DNA of 64,000 bases, taken from NCBI GenBank assembly GCA_902825985.1, contig CADEDC010000012.1, forward strand, positions 29,602 to 93,601, given 5' to 3'. Positions 17,945 through 26,855 of the stretch are shown piece after piece. The position numbers were made by a program, and so were the translations under genes. The DNA is from an uncultured Acidobacteriota bacterium. GTDB lineage: Bacteria; Acidobacteriota; Vicinamibacteria; Vicinamibacterales; CAVVIG01. The notes under the pieces were generated by a model. That model was not told the DNA's origin, searched no databases, and was given only the letters and a program-made list of their open reading frames with translations. How positions within the stretch are numbered: the first letter of the stretch is position 1; every line of letters starts with the position of its first letter.

Positions 17945-20900
17945 ATGCGTATGTGCGCGCCACCGCGTGGTTCGTCCGTGCTCGGCTCGCTGCCCGTGTG
18001 CCTGCTGCTGGTGGCTTTCGGCGTCATCGGTCACGCCAGCACGCTTGTCGCGCAGACGCCGTTCGTGCCGTACTTCGGCAAGAACAACATTCACTACGAC
18101 ACGTTCGCCTGGCACATCTACACCACCGATCACTTCGAGATCTACTACTATCCGGAGCTCGAACAGCATCTCGAACGGGTGGCCGGCTACGCGGAGAGCG
18201 CCTACGAGCAGGTCAGTTCCGACCTGAAGCACGACCTGTCGTTCAAGGTACCGCTCGTCCTCTTCAAGACCCACAGCGAATTCGAGCAGCAGAACGTCAT
18301 TCCCGGCGCCGCGCAGGAAGGGGTCGGCGCGTTCGCCGAGCCGTACCGCAACCGCATGCTGCTGCCGATCGACGATCCGCCGGATCGGCTGTACGGCCTC
18401 ATCGCGCACGAACTGACGCACATCTTCGAGTTCGACATCATCCCGCAGGGGCTGATCCGCCAGAGCGTGCCGCTGTGGGTGAACGAGGGGCTGTCGGACT
18501 ACATGCGCGGCGCCTGGACGCCGCTCGACCTCGCGATGGTGCGCGACGCGGCGGTCGCCGACATCGTCCCCAAGATGACCAAGGTCCAGGGCTACGTGCC
18601 GGGCGGCAACGTCCGCCTGGTCTACAACCTCGGACACGCGATCTTCGAGTTCATCGAGGCGCGCTGGGGCAAGGAAGGCATCCGCCAGTTCATGTTCGCG
18701 CTGCGCAAGAGCGTGATCGGCGGCGGCGAGGACGCCTACGAGGAAGCGTTCCAGATGTCGCCCGACGATTTCGACCAGGCGTTCGAGCGCTACCTGAAGG
18801 ATCGCTTCAAGCCGTTCCGCGACAAGGAGCGGCCGGCCGACTACGGTCGCGATCTGTCGCCGAACCAGGAGCGAACCAGCTTCGCCTCGGCGCTCAGCAT
18901 CGTCCCGTCGCCGTCCGGCGACCTGCTGGCGATGGTCACGATCAACCGCAAGGATCAGGAGATCGACATCGTCCTGGCGTCGACCAAGGATGGATCGGTC
19001 GTCCGCAACCTGACGCGCGGCTTCGACAAGGACCTCGGGTTCACCAACATCGCGCAGTACGGGGAGCGCTTCAACACCGTGCCGTGGATGGCGTGGTCGC
19101 CACGCGGCGACCGGCTCGCCTACTTCGTGCGGACGGAGAAGGAGCGGACGCTCATCGTCCAGAACGTCCTGACGCGCCATGTCGAGCAGCGCCTGCCGAT
19201 GAAGGCGGTGGACGAGCCGGAGTCGCCGAGCTTCTCGCCCGACGGCACGACGGTGGCCTTCGCCGCCCTGCGCGGCGGCACCGGCGACATCTACACGGTC
19301 AACCTCGCGAGCGGCGAGATTGTGAACCTCACCAACGACGAGTTCGCGGATGCCGGCCCGACCTTCTCGGCCGACGGCCGGTTCATCATCTACAACGTCC
19401 GGCTGAGCGGCAACCAGAAGCTGTTCCGGCTCGACCTCGACACGAAGGCGAAGACGCAGCTGACGTTCGGCACGCACGACGATTCGGCGGCGCAGTTCGT
19501 CGACGACCGCACCATCGTGTTCTCGTCGACCGCCGTCGACCCGGCGCTCGCCATCGAGCCCGACGTCGCCCGCAACGGCATGATCTACAACATCTGGACG
19601 CTCGACCTGACCAATGGTGAGCTGCGCCAGTACACCGACGCGCTCGGCGCGAACCTGTCGCCCATTGCCATCAAGGACGGCACCACCAATCGCATCGGTT
19701 TCGTCAGCTACTACAAGGGCGACTACACGGTCCACACGATCGATCGCAAGGAGCCGCTGCACACCGCTGCCTCGGCCGATTTCGGCGAGCCCGGACCGGT
19801 CATCGATTTCCAGGCGCCGCTGTCGCACACCCTGGTCAAGGCCAATCAGCGCCGGAAGGGCAAGTTCGAGAAGCTGTTCCTCGAAGGGCGGCCGCCGGTG
19901 AACGTCGGCGTGACGAGCAACGGCGACGTGTTCGGCGGCACGCAGGTCACCTTCGGCGACGTCCTCGGCGACCAGCAGTTCAGCTTCTTTGCGGCATCCA
20001 TCCAGCAGTACCGCACCTTCTCGGGCGGCTGGACGAACCTGTCGAAGCGGTTCCAGTGGGCGCTGCAGGGGTTCTCGCAGACGCAGTTCTTCTACGGCAA
20101 CCTGTCGGGTGCGTTCTTCGACCCGACGCTGGCACCGCTCATCGGCCGCGACCTCGCCGTGGCGACGCGGACGATCCAGGGGGGCAGCGCCTACGGCATC
20201 TACCCGCTCGACCGCTTCCGCCGCTTCGAGTTCACCGGCGGGGCCTACCACCTGAGCGAGGAGTACGCCGATCCGAGCTTCCAGGCCTACATCCAGTCGT
20301 TGCAGGCCGGAACGGTCTTCCGCAACGGGTTCGTCGTGCCGCTCGGCATTGCGTTCATCCAGGAGACGACGGTGTTCCGCGAGTTCGGCCCGCTGGCCGG
20401 CAGCACGATGCGGCTCGGCTACGACGCGTCGCCGAAGATCGGCAACTCGATCTCGCGGCAGACCTTCGATGTCGACGCCCGCTACTACCAGCGGCTGGCG
20501 ACCAGCGGCGTGCTGGCCCTGCGCTTCCGCGGCTTCAAGAGCCTCGGCAACACGCCGGACTTCCTGTACTTCGGCGGCAACTCGGAGATGCGCGGCTACG
20601 ACTACCTGTCGTTCGTCGGCTCGAACGTGATGTTCGCGAACGCCGAGCTCCGCTTCCCGCTCATCGAGGCGGCGCTGACGCCGATCGGCGTGATCGGCGG
20701 CATCCGCGGCGTCGCCTACGCCAACGTCGGCGGCGGCTGGTTCAACAACCAGGGATACAAGTTCTACAGCCGCGATTCCGAGGACGTGCCGACGATCATC
20801 GACTACCAGACGAATCCGATCACCGGCGAACTGGTCTACGACCCGACGACCAACCTGCCGATTCCGGTGTATGGGCCGACGCGCACCGTCAGCGGCTTCC

Positions 20901-21091
20901 GCCTGCGCGACGGCCGCGCCTCCTATGGCATCGGCCTCGAAACCTTCGCGCTCGGGTTCCCGATTCACTTCGACTGGTCGTGGCGCACGCTGTTCAACCG
21001 CGACTGGGAGGACGTCCAGTTCGCATCTGAAGGTGGCAGTGCGGCATTCCGGAAGCCGCGCTTCGCCGTCTGGATCGGCTACGACTTCTAG
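17945..21091 (+). CDS. outer-membrane fusion protein: MA-clan zinc peptidase + PD40/TolB-type beta-propellers + Omp85 (surface-antigen) beta-barrel
   Basis: The ATG at 17945 gives the signal peptide MRMCAPPRGSSVLGSLPVCLLLVAFGVIGHASTLVAQ. HELTHIFEF...NEGLSDY is a gluzincin motif. PD40 repeats include SPSGDLLAM, WSPRGDRLAYF, FSPDGTTVAF and FSADGRFIIY. The C-terminal barrel has FGGNSEMRGYDY and ends in the aromatic WIGYDF. Confidence 0.85.
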   Translation: MRMCAPPRGSSVLGSLPVCLLLVAFGVIGHASTLVAQTPFVPYFGKNNIHYDTFAWHIYTTDHFEIYYYPELEQHLERVAGYAESAYEQVSSDLKHDLSFKVPLVLFKTHSEFEQQNVIPGAAQEGVGAFAEPYRNRMLLPIDDPPDRLYGLIAHELTHIFEFDIIPQGLIRQSVPLWVNEGLSDYMRGAWTPLDLAMVRDAAVADIVPKMTKVQGYVPGGNVRLVYNLGHAIFEFIEARWGKEGIRQFMFALRKSVIGGGEDAYEEAFQMSPDDFDQAFERYLKDRFKPFRDKERPADYGRDLSPNQERTSFASALSIVPSPSGDLLAMVTINRKDQEIDIVLASTKDGSVVRNLTRGFDKDLGFTNIAQYGERFNTVPWMAWSPRGDRLAYFVRTEKERTLIVQNVLTRHVEQRLPMKAVDEPESPSFSPDGTTVAFAALRGGTGDIYTVNLASGEIVNLTNDEFADAGPTFSADGRFIIYNVRLSGNQKLFRLDLDTKAKTQLTFGTHDDSAAQFVDDRTIVFSSTAVDPALAIEPDVARNGMIYNIWTLDLTNGELRQYTDALGANLSPIAIKDGTTNRIGFVSYYKGDYTVHTIDRKEPLHTAASADFGEPGPVIDFQAPLSHTLVKANQRRKGKFEKLFLEGRPPVNVGVTSNGDVFGGTQVTFGDVLGDQQFSFFAASIQQYRTFSGGWTNLSKRFQWALQGFSQTQFFYGNLSGAFFDPTLAPLIGRDLAVATRTIQGGSAYGIYPLDRFRRFEFTGGAYHLSEEYADPSFQAYIQSLQAGTVFRNGFVVPLGIAFIQETTVFREFGPLAGSTMRLGYDASPKIGNSISRQTFDVDARYYQRLATSGVLALRFRGFKSLGNTPDFLYFGGNSEMRGYDYLSFVGSNVMFANAELRFPLIEAALTPIGVIGGIRGVAYANVGGGWFNNQGYKFYSRDSEDVPTIIDYQTNPITGELVYDPTTNLPIPVYGPTRTVSGFRLRDGRASYGIGLETFALGFPIHFDWSWRTLFNRDWEDVQFASEGGSAAFRKPRFAVWIGYDF

Positions 21092-21099
21092 CGTTCGTC

Positions 21100-21138
21100 C
21101 CTGACGGGTGCGGCGGGCGTGCCGGCCCGCTCGTCAGG
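21100..21138. terminator. GC-rich hairpin between convergent genes (candidate terminator)
   Basis: CCTGACG (21100-21106) pairs with CGTCAGG (21132-21138), with an inner GCGGGC/GCCCGC pairing. There is no U-tract. Confidence 0.4.
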
Positions 21139-21157
21139 CCACCCTCCCCGGCGCGGC

Positions 21158-21180
21158 GGCCGGCTCGCCGCAGGCCGGCC
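21158..21180. terminator. second GC-rich hairpin between convergent genes (candidate terminator for the minus-strand gene)
   Basis: GGCCGGC (21158-21164) pairs with GCCGGCC (21174-21180) around a 9-nt loop. It lies 8 nt beyond the stop codon of the beta-helix gene. Confidence 0.35.
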
Positions 21181-21187
21181 GGCGACA

Positions 21188-22717
21188 TCAGCGCGACGGC
21201 CGCCGAGTTGCCGCCGCGACCGCGCCGACATTGGCGCCGATGTCGCGTCCGTCCGAGGCGGCCCGGCGCCAGGGACTGCCGAGCGCCAGGCGGAAATTGC
21301 CCGATGCGTAGTCCTGGAAGTGCCGCGGAAGCTCGCCTACCGAAGGAAAGAAGTTCCCCGGCGGATAGCGCCGCCCGTCACCGCCGGCGAGCACGTTGCG
21401 CTCGATGCGCGCGCCCGGCAGGTAGGTCCGGATGCTGTCGTCCCCGACGCCGCGATCGGTGCCGATGATGCCGTAGTCGCCGTGGTGGGCCAGGTTGTTG
21501 GAGAACACGAAGTCGCGGCTCACGCCGTCCGCCAGCTTGATCAGCCCGCCCGACGATCGCGACAGCACCGTGTTGTGATCGACGCGCACGCCCTGAGGAC
21601 TGCCGCCGACCGTCAGGAAGTAGCCGTCGCCCCCCCAGGTATCCCGATCGATCCGGTCGAACACGTTGTCGGCAATCACGATGTCGGTCATCGGCCGCGC
21701 CGGATACGCCGAGTCCTCCCCGGCCACCTGGACGCCGGCGGCAACGTCGCGAACCAGATTGCGCCGGAACGTCACCCCTGAGACCTCGCACCACGGACAA
21801 CCGCCGTCCTGATTCCGTACCGTGAAGAGGACCGCGTAACCGGTCTGCGCCTCCTGCCATGAGCGCTCCAGCACGTTGTCTTCAATCACCACGTCGCGGG
21901 CATGCTTCAACTCGAGCAGGTTCTTCACCTGCCAGCGTGGCGGCGTCGCCGCCCGCCACGCCAGCGGCTTGGAGACGGTGTTGCCCCTGATGGTGATCGA
22001 CGCCGGCGTCAGCCCGATGATGGACGGATCGGCACCGCCGAACATCACGTTCTCGCCGGCCGCTTCGAGCGTGTTGTTCTCAATCAGGTAGGGGCCAGGA
22101 CCGTTCCAGCCGGCGATCGCCTGCGAGTCCTGGCCCACCGCCTTGATGTCGCTGACCCACGAATCGCGAATCGTGACCGCGGCGGCATTCAGGGCGATGC
22201 CACGCTTCTGTCCGGCGAGGGGGTCGCCATGCACGAAGAGACGCTCCAGCGTGAGATCGTGCGGAATCGTCGATGCCGCGCGCTGGCTGCCGCCGCCGTC
22301 GCCGAGCGCAATGATGTCGCCGAGCCCGCGATCGTTGGCCCGGAACTCGATCAGCTGGATGCGCCAGTGATGCGCTCCGGGTGCGGTGCGGAGGGCCGGG
22401 CCGGAGTTCGGCGAGCGGAGGACGGCCAGCGCCGGCGCCTGTGCGGGCGTGATGCGCTGGCCGCTGCCCGGCAGCCCCCAGTCGCTGTACGTCCGCAGTG
22501 TGATGACGCGCGTATCCTCGTCCGCCGTCGCCGGCAGCACGAAGTTGCCCACGTACTCCACGCCGCGCTCGAGCCAGATGGTGTCCCCGGGTCGCGCCGC
22601 GTCGAGCGCCCGTTGCAGCGAATCGCCGGCACGCACCCCCACCACGCGCGCCGCCGGATGCACGACGAACAGGCCGCAGGCGAGCACCGCCAGCATGAGC
22701 CTCGCTCCATGTCTCAC
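21188..22717 (-). CDS. secreted right-handed parallel beta-helix repeat protein (pectate-lyase fold)
   Basis: Signal peptide MRHGARLMLAVLACGLFVV. The N-terminal block is GDTIWLERGVEYVGNF. Repeated turns include IENNTLEAAG, ITIRGNTVSKP, VIEDNVLERS, FRRNLVRDV, VIADNVFDRI and VFSNNLAHH. Confidence 0.8.
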   Translation of the reverse strand: MRHGARLMLAVLACGLFVVHPAARVVGVRAGDSLQRALDAARPGDTIWLERGVEYVGNFVLPATADEDTRVITLRTYSDWGLPGSGQRITPAQAPALAVLRSPNSGPALRTAPGAHHWRIQLIEFRANDRGLGDIIALGDGGGSQRAASTIPHDLTLERLFVHGDPLAGQKRGIALNAAAVTIRDSWVSDIKAVGQDSQAIAGWNGPGPYLIENNTLEAAGENVMFGGADPSIIGLTPASITIRGNTVSKPLAWRAATPPRWQVKNLLELKHARDVVIEDNVLERSWQEAQTGYAVLFTVRNQDGGCPWCEVSGVTFRRNLVRDVAAGVQVAGEDSAYPARPMTDIVIADNVFDRIDRDTWGGDGYFLTVGGSPQGVRVDHNTVLSRSSGGLIKLADGVSRDFVFSNNLAHHGDYGIIGTDRGVGDDSIRTYLPGARIERNVLAGGDGRRYPPGNFFPSVGELPRHFQDYASGNFRLALGSPWRRAASDGRDIGANVGAVAAATRRPSR

Positions 22718-22760
22718 GCCGTACGGACGAGCAAAGCCGGTGCCGAGGTAGGATCACGCC

Positions 22761-23258
22761 ATGGAACTCACGCCAAAGCGCGCGGCCGAGTCGGCAACCG
22801 AGATGGTACAGGTGGTGCTGCCCAACGACGCCAACCCGCTGGGCTTCATCCTCGGCGGCACGGTCATGCACCTCATCGACATCGCCGGTGCGATTGCGTC
22901 GCTCCGCCATACGCGCACGCGCGTCGTCACCGCCGCGGTCGACGATCTGCAGTTCCTGCACCCGATCAGAGTGGGCGACCTCATCATCCTGAAGGCCCAC
23001 GTGACATGCGCCTTCACGACGTCGCTCGAAGTCCAGGTCGATGTGTTCTCGGAGGAGACGTTGACCGGGAAGAGACGGCTGACCAGCCAGGCGTTCCTGA
23101 CCTTCGTCGCGATCGGCCAGGACGGCGAGCGGGTTGCGATTCCGCCGCTCGTCATCGAGACGGCGGCCGAACGCGAGGTGTGTGATGAAGCGCACCGCCG
23201 CCGCGCCCAGCGGTTGCGCCGGAAGGCGGAAGCGACGGCGACCGCGGGAGACGCCTGA
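22761..23258 (+). CDS. acyl-CoA thioesterase (hotdog fold, YciA-like)
   Basis: The sequence VQVVLPNDANPLGFILGGTVMHLIDIAGAIASLRH...VTAAVDDLQFLHPIRVGDLI is a typical 4HBT/acyl-CoA hydrolase core. Confidence 0.85.
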   Translation: MELTPKRAAESATEMVQVVLPNDANPLGFILGGTVMHLIDIAGAIASLRHTRTRVVTAAVDDLQFLHPIRVGDLIILKAHVTCAFTTSLEVQVDVFSEETLTGKRRLTSQAFLTFVAIGQDGERVAIPPLVIETAAEREVCDEAHRRRAQRLRRKAEATATAGDA

Positions 23259-23286
23259 TCGACGCGCCGACCGGTGAGGTGACCGG

Positions 23287-24804
23287 CTAGCCGAGCTTCT
23301 TCAGCCGGAGCACGCTGTGCTCCACGTCGATTCCAACCCGATACTTGCTCAGGAACCGGTGGCCGACGATGCCGCCGAGCTCGAAGCCGAGCAGCGCACT
23401 CGGGGCGTTCAAGTTGAGCACGACGACCGGGAAGTTGTCGTAGCGGATCTCCTTGAACGCCAGGTTGACGCCCGGCATCAGGAACGCGTCCCGATCCCAA
23501 CCCGACGACCCGAACACCTTCAAGGCAATCTTCCGGCCGGTCTCCGGCCGGGCCAGCGCGGTGGCGGTCGCGGTCGAGATGGAAATGACCTCGCCGCCCG
23601 TGTCGACGACGAAGTTGGCCGTGTGCTTCCCGTCCACCATCCCGCGGACTGTCGCAAGACGATGCATGCGCATGGATAGTTCGAAGTCAGATTCTTCCGG
23701 CTCGAGGTGCTTGCCGAACACGATCTTCTTCGTCCGGTAGTCGATGATCATCGAGAACCCGAGGGCGAGCGGCGACAGGCTCTCGGCCTCCTTGACCGGC
23801 AGATCGCGCATCGGCGGATCCTTGATCAAGGCTGGGATGTTGCGCAGCTTGAGGGTGCCAATCTCGAGCGAATCGATACGCGCCAGCTGCAGGCCGCGCA
23901 GACCGGCGTTGCCGACGCCGGCGCTGAGCGTGTACGTCACCGGCGCGATGCCGAGACGTTGCGCCGTGCCACGCGACACGATGGTGCTCTCGGCGCCGGT
24001 GTCGACGACGAAGTCCTGGAACGAGCCTTCGTTCACCTTGGCCCGGACCACGATCTTGTCGTTCCTGAGGCGGAAATCAATCGTGTAGATCTGGTCGGCC
24101 GCGCCCGGATCCATCTCGAACGGCACGCGCTGCCCGAACGACTTCAGGAACTTGATTTCGGCCCGCGACCAGTCGGCTTTCTCGCTGCGGTCCTTGTTCG
24201 GCAGCAGGTTGACATAGTTCGTGTAGGAGGCCGCCGCCTCTTCATAGCGCCGCATCCGCTCGAAGACGGAACCGAGGGTGTGATGCATCTCGAGGTCGCG
24301 TGGCGCATGGCGGAGCGCCGCCTCGGCCATCGTCAGCGCCTCATCGAGTTTGGTGCGCGCGGCGAGCGCCCGCGCCATGCCGTGGAGGCCACGGGCCAGC
24401 TCAGGCGCCTTCGCCAGCGCGTCCCGGTACCGGCCCTCCGCCTCCTCGAACAGCCCGGACGCCCACAAAGCATCCGCATACGTGGCCAGTACCGACGGAT
24501 CCTCGGGCGACTCTTCGAGCAGGGTCGCCGCTTCGATACGGGCGACCGGGAAATCCGCGATGCGCAGCGCCGACTGGATGACACCGGACCGAGCCGCCCG
24601 GATGTTGACCGGGCCGGCCGACTTCAGCGCCTTCCGGTAGGCGTCCAGCGAATCGGCAAACCGCCCCTCGCGGAAGAACTCGTGGCCGAGCTGCAGCTGG
24701 ACCTCGCCCGACTGGGATTGCGAGATGACGTCACCGCCGTAGATGGCCACCGACGCGCCGACCACCATCACCGACATGGCGAACGAGAGAACGCCCCTGC
24801 GCAT
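23287..24804 (-). CDS. secreted TPR-repeat protein with two retropepsin-like aspartyl-protease domains
   Basis: Signal peptide, N-terminal TPR repeats, then two D-T-G blocks: FVVDTGAESTIVS and FVVDTGGEVISIS. Confidence 0.8.
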   Translation of the reverse strand: MRRGVLSFAMSVMVVGASVAIYGGDVISQSQSGEVQLQLGHEFFREGRFADSLDAYRKALKSAGPVNIRAARSGVIQSALRIADFPVARIEAATLLEESPEDPSVLATYADALWASGLFEEAEGRYRDALAKAPELARGLHGMARALAARTKLDEALTMAEAALRHAPRDLEMHHTLGSVFERMRRYEEAAASYTNYVNLLPNKDRSEKADWSRAEIKFLKSFGQRVPFEMDPGAADQIYTIDFRLRNDKIVVRAKVNEGSFQDFVVDTGAESTIVSRGTAQRLGIAPVTYTLSAGVGNAGLRGLQLARIDSLEIGTLKLRNIPALIKDPPMRDLPVKEAESLSPLALGFSMIIDYRTKKIVFGKHLEPEESDFELSMRMHRLATVRGMVDGKHTANFVVDTGGEVISISTATATALARPETGRKIALKVFGSSGWDRDAFLMPGVNLAFKEIRYDNFPVVVLNLNAPSALLGFELGGIVGHRFLSKYRVGIDVEHSVLRLKKLG

Positions 24805-24937
24805 GCACCCTCCGGATCAGGCGATATCGACGAACGTCCGACCCATACAAGATCCGGGCCGGCGAATGGCGGTGCGGAAACGATAGCGTACGGGCCGCCG
24901 GTTTCGAAACCCGAAAACCGCGACCGACCGGCGAAAG

Positions 24938-25408
24938 TCAGCGCGTGTACAGCTCGATGGGGACGCCGTCGTACATCTCGTCGACCCGCAGGATCTGCGC
25001 CTCCCGGCTGTACGTCCCGAGTTCGTAGTCCTCACTCATGATCAACGCCTTTATCGGCCTGGTGGGACAGACCTCCGCACACAATCCGCAGAAACTGCAG
25101 CGCGACAGGTTGAAATCGAAGTAATCGAGCACCTTGATCTTCTGCCCGGGCTCGCGATGGCCGCCGAGCGCGATCAGGTCGTCGGGGCAGACCTTGGCAC
25201 ACTGGTCGCAGACGATGCAGGTTTGCGCACCGGTGGCCGGCTCGGTCTGCAGCCGCAGCACGCCGCGAAATCTCGGAGCGGTCGGCCGCCGTTCGGCCGG
25301 ATACTGGAAGGTGAAGGCCGCCTGCGGGGTGTACTTGAGTGTCAGGAACATCCCCTTCCACAGATCGGCGAGCAGGACGGTCTTGATCAGGCGGACGAGG
25401 GTGCGCAT
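24938..25408 (-). CDS. nuoI: NADH-quinone oxidoreductase subunit I-like 2x[4Fe-4S] protein
   Basis: The internal ATG at 25408 gives MRTLVRLIKTVLLADLWKGMFLTLKYT..., a typical NuoI N-terminus. There are two CxxCxxCxxxCP motifs, CIVCDQCAKVCP and CSFCGLCAEVCP. The longer track ORF would overlap nuoB. Confidence 0.85.
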   Translation of the reverse strand: MRTLVRLIKTVLLADLWKGMFLTLKYTPQAAFTFQYPAERRPTAPRFRGVLRLQTEPATGAQTCIVCDQCAKVCPDDLIALGGHREPGQKIKVLDYFDFNLSRCSFCGLCAEVCPTRPIKALIMSEDYELGTYSREAQILRVDEMYDGVPIELYTR

Positions 25409-25409
25409 G

Positions 25410-25967
25410 TCAGACGTCCAGGTCTCCGGCACGGCCGGACGACGCCAGCAGAACCGGTTCGGTCTCGCCGAGCCGGATGACACGCTCGCGGCGCAGCACC
25501 GTCCCTTCCTTCCGGATCTTGTCCTGCAGACGCAGCAACCCGTACAGGAGTGCCTCCGGCCGCGGCGGGCAGCCGGAGACATAGACGTCCACCGGCACGA
25601 CCTTGTCGACGCCCTGCAGCACGCTGTAGGTGGGAAACGGACCGCCAGCGTTCGAGCAGCTGCCCATGGAGATCACCCACTTCGGTTCGGGCATCTGGTC
25701 GTAGAGGCGGCGCAGCACCGGCGCCATCTTCTTCGTGACGGTGCCGGCGACGATCATCAAATCGGACTGTCGGGGCGACGCCCGGAACACCTCGGCGCCG
25801 AACCGGGCGATGTCGTAGCGCGCGGCGGAGGCGGCCATCATCTCGATCGCGCAGCACGCCAGACCGAACCCCATCGGCCAGATGGAATTCGAGCGTGCCC
25901 AGTTCAGTACGCCATCCACGGTCGTCGTGATGATGTTGTCGTCGAACTGATGATCGATCAATCCCAT
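25410..25967 (-). CDS. nuoB: NADH-quinone oxidoreductase subunit B-like protein (cluster N2 ligands present)
   Basis: [30 protein letters not shown] and [15 protein letters not shown] are the canonical NuoB cysteine motifs. The stop is 1 nt before the nuoI start. Confidence 0.9.
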   Translation of the reverse strand: MGLIDHQFDDNIITTTVDGVLNWARSNSIWPMGFGLACCAIEMMAASAARYDIARFGAEVFRASPRQSDLMIVAGTVTKKMAPVLRRLYDQMPEPKWVISMGSCSNAGGPFPTYSVLQGVDKVVPVDVYVSGCPPRPEALLYGLLRLQDKIRKEGTVLRRERVIRLGETEPVLLASSGRAGDLDV

Positions 25968-26027
25968 CGCCGCCCCATGACGCGCGCTCCGGCCCGCCGG
26001 TGCGCGCGGCTTTCCCGTGCTCGGAGG

Positions 26028-26288
26028 TTATTCGTCGAAATAGCTGCGGTTCTTGTCGATGAACGCACTCCACTTGTGCGGGGTCTCGTCGAGCGCGAAG
26101 ATGGCCGCCACCGGACAGGCCGGCACGCACGCGCCGCAGTCGATGCACTCGTCGGGATGGATGTAGAGCATGTCCACGGTGGCGAACGCCGGTTCGTCCT
26201 TGCGCGGGTGGATGCAGTCCACCGGACAGACATCGACACAGGCCGCGTCTTTGATATCGATGCAGGGTTCGCAGATGATGAACGCCAT
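26028..26288 (-). CDS. small bacterial-type ferredoxin (FdxA-like, two Fe-S cluster motifs)
   Basis: 86 aa: MAFIICEPCIDIKDAACVDVCPVDCIHP...CIDCGACVPACPVAAI. Confidence 0.9.
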   Translation of the reverse strand: MAFIICEPCIDIKDAACVDVCPVDCIHPRKDEPAFATVDMLYIHPDECIDCGACVPACPVAAIFALDETPHKWSAFIDKNRSYFDE

Positions 26289-26323
26289 GACCGCAAGGAA
26301 CCGTGAAGTTGTGAACTAAGTGT

Positions 26324-26334
26324 CTGATAATCAG
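26324..26334. promoter_or_regulatory. palindrome CTGATAATCAG in an AT-rich divergent promoter gap (Fur-box-core-like)
   Basis: A perfect 5-1-5 palindrome, read directly from the sequence. It contains TGATAATCA, the central 9 nt of the classical 19-bp Fur box GATAATGATAATCATTATC. It lies 36 nt upstream of the ferredoxin start codon. Confidence 0.3.
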
Positions 26335-26370
26335 CGAGTTACAAATTCATCGTATCCGTCGTCCCGGACC

Positions 26371-26844
26371 GTGTCAACGGCCCGCCGGGCGGCGGCGGCC
26401 GTGCTGCTGGTCTGCCTGCGCGGCCCGGCGGCGGTCGCCGGCGGGCAGGCGCCGCTGCCGCTGGCGCCCGACGCCGTCTGCCCGCCGCACCTCGCCCGGC
26501 TTTTCGCGCCGGCCGACGCGACGCGGGATGGGTCGGTGCAGTATCTCGTCTGCCGGTCCGCCCGACCGCTCGACGAACTGCGCCCGCCGACCTGGTCCGC
26601 CGGGGAAAGTGGCGCGGCCGACGCTTTTGCCGGCGCCAGTCCGGAAGTCCGGCGAGCGGTGGCCCTGCTCTACGGCGGCCGACGACTCCGTGTCGCCCGC
26701 GGCTGGGTCGAAGGGCCGGAGTCGCTCGACAGCATCGCCCTGATTGCGCCACCGCCGAGCGATTCATTGGACCGGATCGCCAGCGGCACGCTGATCATCA
26801 GGACGCGCATCATGCGCGAGAGGGGCCCGAACGGAGGGCTATAA
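26371..26844 (+). CDS. secreted hypothetical protein
   Basis: A GTG at 26371 gives the signal-like N-terminus VSTARRAAAAVLLVCLRGPAAVAGGQA. GC3 is high. It ends 11 nt before the next gene. The start codon is uncertain, as the track ORF begins at 26320. Confidence 0.45.
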   Translation: MSTARRAAAAVLLVCLRGPAAVAGGQAPLPLAPDAVCPPHLARLFAPADATRDGSVQYLVCRSARPLDELRPPTWSAGESGAADAFAGASPEVRRAVALLYGGRRLRVARGWVEGPESLDSIALIAPPPSDSLDRIASGTLIIRTRIMRERGPNGGL

Positions 26845-26855
26845 TTGCGCCGACC

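Noticed and set aside
17912-20968. A 1018-aa minus-strand ORF.
   Set aside because: It is antisense to the peptidase-propeller-Omp85 gene, which has clear HExxH, PD40 and barrel motifs. Its composition is Arg/Ala/Glu/Val-biased with no motifs.
25409-25582. An upstream extension of the nuoI ORF; the track gives 214 aa starting at 25582.
   Set aside because: It would overlap the 3' end of nuoB by more than 170 nt, and it encodes a Cys/Arg-rich non-NuoI sequence. The internal ATG at 25408 gives a canonical NuoI N-terminus 1 nt after the nuoB stop.
26840-26845. A perfect TATAAT hexamer.
   Set aside because: It overlaps the TAA stop of the upstream gene and sits only 10 nt before the next start codon. 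There is no acceptable -35 element 17 nt upstream. It is probably fortuitous.
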